A stretch of DNA of 63,558 nucleotides, filler included, from Candidatus Methanoxibalbensis ujae (lineage in GTDB: Archaea > Halobacteriota > Syntropharchaeia > Alkanophagales > Methanospirareceae): assembly GCA_026134085.1 (NCBI GenBank). It is 7 parts of 7 records of this genome, joined end to end, with 100 filler letters (N's around TTAATTAATTAA, not from the genome) between each part and the next. Parts side by side here need not be neighbours in the genome. Positions count along the whole stretch, not along the records: positions 56,459 to 63,558 come from JAOQIN010000061.1; 6 more parts are not named here. One strand, written 5' to 3'. This document shows, in pieces, positions 60,678-63,558 of the stretch (positions within the stretch are counted from its first letter, which is position 1; every line of letters starts with the position of its first letter). The notes beneath the pieces were generated by a model, which was not told where the DNA came from, did no database searches, and saw nothing but the letters and a program-made list of their open reading frames with translations. A program made the translations under genes and the position numbers.

Positions 60678-61987
60678 ACGAGACAGGTTCGTGGATATCC
60701 ATTGAAAGGTGATCGTCTATGTCTCAAAACTTCCTTGACCTGCACATCGTGGACTTCTGCCAACGGCAAGCACTGCTATCTGAACAGAGGCAGGAGAGTC
60801 ATGCCCTCAGATACTCGGTATGGTCACGCTGCCAGGTGCGCTGCCGAAGGGGAATGAAACAGGGAAAGAAGTAGATCATAGCAATTTCACCTCACTACTT
60901 AAAGATTTCAATAGCCTGCCTGAGATTAAAGACGGCATTGATTTGAAAGAGAGAGATGCGAAAGAGAAGATCTCATTTTTATTGTTGAGAAGCGATGACC
61001 CAGAAGTCGAGAAGGCTTTTGAGGTCTTGCAAAAATACGGAAGACCTTCAAATTTCGCGAATTATGAGTTTCCAGCACATAACAGTTGGAGGTGCTTTTA
61101 TGGCTGGCTGAGGAGCAGGAGATAAGGAATTATGAAAGGAGAGCTCCCGCAATAGCACTTGATTATGATGCTGTTCTGGCGATTGGCATGAAGAAGTGAG
61201 GAAGAAACTGAAGGATACTGAACCTTTATGACTGTCAAGACCGATCAATTGACCCATGAGATATTAAGACATATCCTTCGGAGGCGTATATAGCATTGGT
61301 GTGGGTGCGTATAAACTGCCCTTTATTTTTTGAAAAGAAGAATCAAGAAGGAACAAAATATAATGAAATTGAAATACCAAACTATTACGATTTGAATTGG
61401 ATTGTGACGGAGATAAGAAGATAAATGAAGAAGATTTTGAGAAGATTTTGACAGTCTTTTTGTTGATGTTGGCTCTCTGAAGGAAATCAGAGCATTTTTG
61501 CTGCACGATATGTCCAGCGAAGGTTTCCGGGAGAGTGGATTCTGTGCTCTGTGGTTCTCTTGAATACTGACACTGACAAGCCTTCGGCTGAAGTGTCTTA
61601 TATTGAAGTTGAAGATTGAGGTTGAAGGGAGATGATTGAAGTTGAAGGAGGATAACGCCGGGCTGTGTGCTCTCCAACCCGGACTGGCAGAGGAAACATT
61701 TCAAAGAGAAAAGCAGAATTGTGGGGAACCAGTTATTTCCCGTGGAGCAACCGGCATGATGGGATTTATCCAGCATATGGCAATGAGGAGCTGAAGAAAT
61801 GAGAAGCTGACCTTGAGGGATTTGAGATTCAGTGTCAAAGAAGGCAATAAGGATTGAAAGTTCACTTTTCCTCCCTGCGACGGAAAGACATAGGCGGCGA
61901 AATATTGAGCAATCGAAATATTGAGCGATTCAGAAACAAATATGAAGAAACAAATATGAAGAGGAGTGCGTTAAGAGGAGACGAGAA

Positions 61988-63427
61988 ATGCGTGTTGTGA
62001 TGAAGTTTGGTGGTGCGGCTGTTGCGGATGGTACAATGATGAGGCGAGTTGCAGAGCTGATCAAGCGATTTCGCGTGGAGGACGGCATGGATATTGTGGC
62101 TGTCATCTCGGCAATTGCAGGCGTCACAGATGCACTGCAGGACAATGCGATAAGGATTGCGCAGGAGTGTAGGAAGGAGCTTGTTAAGGATTTTCTTGAA
62201 AAACTGCGTGAGAAGCACCTGTCAACTGCGAGAGATGCCATATTCATCAACGACCGAGGAAGAAGTGGCGTTGCAGCGACTGCAGAAGAACGCACATATT
62301 CTGAAATCGTTCAGGAGACAGAAGAAAGGCTGCGAGAACTTGAGAATGCGCTTCTCGGCATATGCCTTCTGGGCGAGCTCACAAAAAGGTCGCTTGATTT
62401 CATACTCTCGTTTGGGGAGAGGCTGTCAGCACCGATACTCGCAGGAACACTGCGCACAATCGGTATAAAAGCAACACACCTCACAGGCGGCGAGGCGGGA
62501 ATAATCACAGATGAGAACTTCGGCAACGCGCAGCCGCTTGAGGTCTCCGAGCATCTCATAAGAGAGCGAGTTCTGCACATCCTCAACGAGGGCGTCACTC
62601 CCGTCATATGCGGATTCATCGCTCAATCAGAGCGCGGAATCATCACAACACTCGGCAGAGGTGGCTCAGATTACACAGCCACAATCGTAGGCGCAGCGAT
62701 TGATGCAGATGAAATATGGCTGTGGAAAGACACGGAGGGAATCATGAGCGCTGATCCAAAAATAATAAAAAATGCGAAGAAAATACCATATCTCTCATAC
62801 ATTGAGGCCATGGAGCTCTCGTATTTCGGCGCAACTGTCCTTCATCCGAGAGCGATGGAGCCTGTTATGCGCGAGAAAATACCGATAAGGGTGAAAAATC
62901 TGAATGATCCCGATGACGAAGGCACTTTAATTGGTGAGGAAAGCGAGCGAACGGACAAGATTGCGAAGGCTATAACACTCATAGAAAACGCATCAATTCT
63001 GAACATATCAGGCACCGGTATGATGAGGATATCAGAAGTTGCTGCACAGATATTCAGGGCACTTTCATCGGAGGGCATTGATGTTGTGATGATCAGTCAG
63101 GGCTCCTCAGAGCGCACCATATCAATCGTCATTGAGCGTTCAAACCTGAATGCAGCGATGAGGGCGATGCGTGAGATGCGGAAAAAAGATGTTGTGCAGG
63201 ATGTCATATGCGACAGTGATGTGTGCGCGGTCGGTGTGGTCGGTGCCGGTATGGTGGGAACACCAGGCGTTGCAGGTAAAATATTCTCCGCACTCGGAAA
63301 CGCTGGAATAAGCGTCAGAATGATCTCTCAGGGCAGCTCTGAGTTCAATATATCTTTTGTCGTGAGCAGGAAAGACGCATATAAAGCTGTGAGAACAATA
63401 CACGACATACTCGGTATGGGAAAATAA
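61988..63427 (+). CDS. lysC: Aspartate kinase
   Basis: VMKFGG, SFGERLS, TTLGRGGSDYTA, ADPK, VLHPR, two ACT domains (MISQGSSE). Confidence 0.96.
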   Translation: MRVVMKFGGAAVADGTMMRRVAELIKRFRVEDGMDIVAVISAIAGVTDALQDNAIRIAQECRKELVKDFLEKLREKHLSTARDAIFINDRGRSGVAATAEERTYSEIVQETEERLRELENALLGICLLGELTKRSLDFILSFGERLSAPILAGTLRTIGIKATHLTGGEAGIITDENFGNAQPLEVSEHLIRERVLHILNEGVTPVICGFIAQSERGIITTLGRGGSDYTATIVGAAIDADEIWLWKDTEGIMSADPKIIKNAKKIPYLSYIEAMELSYFGATVLHPRAMEPVMREKIPIRVKNLNDPDDEGTLIGEESERTDKIAKAITLIENASILNISGTGMMRISEVAAQIFRALSSEGIDVVMISQGSSERTISIVIERSNLNAAMRAMREMRKKDVVQDVICDSDVCAVGVVGAGMVGTPGVAGKIFSALGNAGISVRMISQGSSEFNISFVVSRKDAYKAVRTIHDILGMGK

Positions 63428-63479
63428 GAAAATAAGAAAGTAAAATGAAAGAATAAAAAAAAGGGAAAAAAGAGAGGGA

Positions 63480-63557
63480 CTACTCCCTTTTCAGCTCTGA
63501 AAGGCGCTGTTTTATTTGATGCAGCTGCTCTTCAAGGAATTTTGCCTCCTCCTCAAG
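63480..63557 (-). CDS. C-terminal fragment of a coiled-coil protein (5' part outside window)
   Basis: LEEEAKFLEEQLHQIKQRLSELKRE*. Confidence 0.5.
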   Translation of the reverse strand, partial: LEEEAKFLEEQLHQIKQRLSELKRE

Positions 63558-63558
63558 C

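Noticed and set aside
1..63558. CRISPR array, rRNA, transposase or integrase
   Set aside because: No regularly spaced repeats, rRNA-like segments or recognisable DDE/tyrosine/serine recombinase motifs found by eye.

Overview
The window is a pseudo-scaffold of seven contigs joined by 100-nt N/TTAATTAATTAA spacers: A 1-10749, B 10850-21034, C 21135-31016, D 31117-40177, E 40278-48514, F 48615-56358, G 56459-63558. Adjacency across spacers means nothing. Contigs A, B, E, F and G are chromosomal DNA of an archaeon that probably carries methyl/alkyl-CoM reductase. They encode HdrA fragments, MvhD, methanogenesis marker 3, a CfbA/CbiX chelatase, TBP, uL15, pelota, EF-2, GlyRS, ThyX, aspartate kinase and tRNA-Thr(GGT). 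An ANME-1/Methanophagales-like host is my inference. Contigs C and D are two small virus genomes that share a homologous, syntenic four-gene virion module: an alpha-helical ~145-aa protein, a probable double-jelly-roll major capsid protein, a small beta protein and a spike-base-like protein. Neither shows a packaging ATPase. D looks archaeal (TATA boxes, GAGGTGA RBS), ends in a truncated family B DNA polymerase (probably protein-primed) and resembles the chaacvirus-like ANME-1 viruses. C is a ~9.9-kb element bounded by perfect 53-bp inverted repeats and looks bacterial: three sigma-54 motifs, TTGACA promoters, an intrinsic terminator and a peptidase M15 endolysin. It also has an orphan ParB and an HTH Rep-like protein, but no polymerase or integrase. 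The pair suggests an ATPase-less tailless virus lineage spanning Archaea and Bacteria, with swapped replication, lysis and receptor modules. All protein family calls come from motif recognition by eye, not from database searches.
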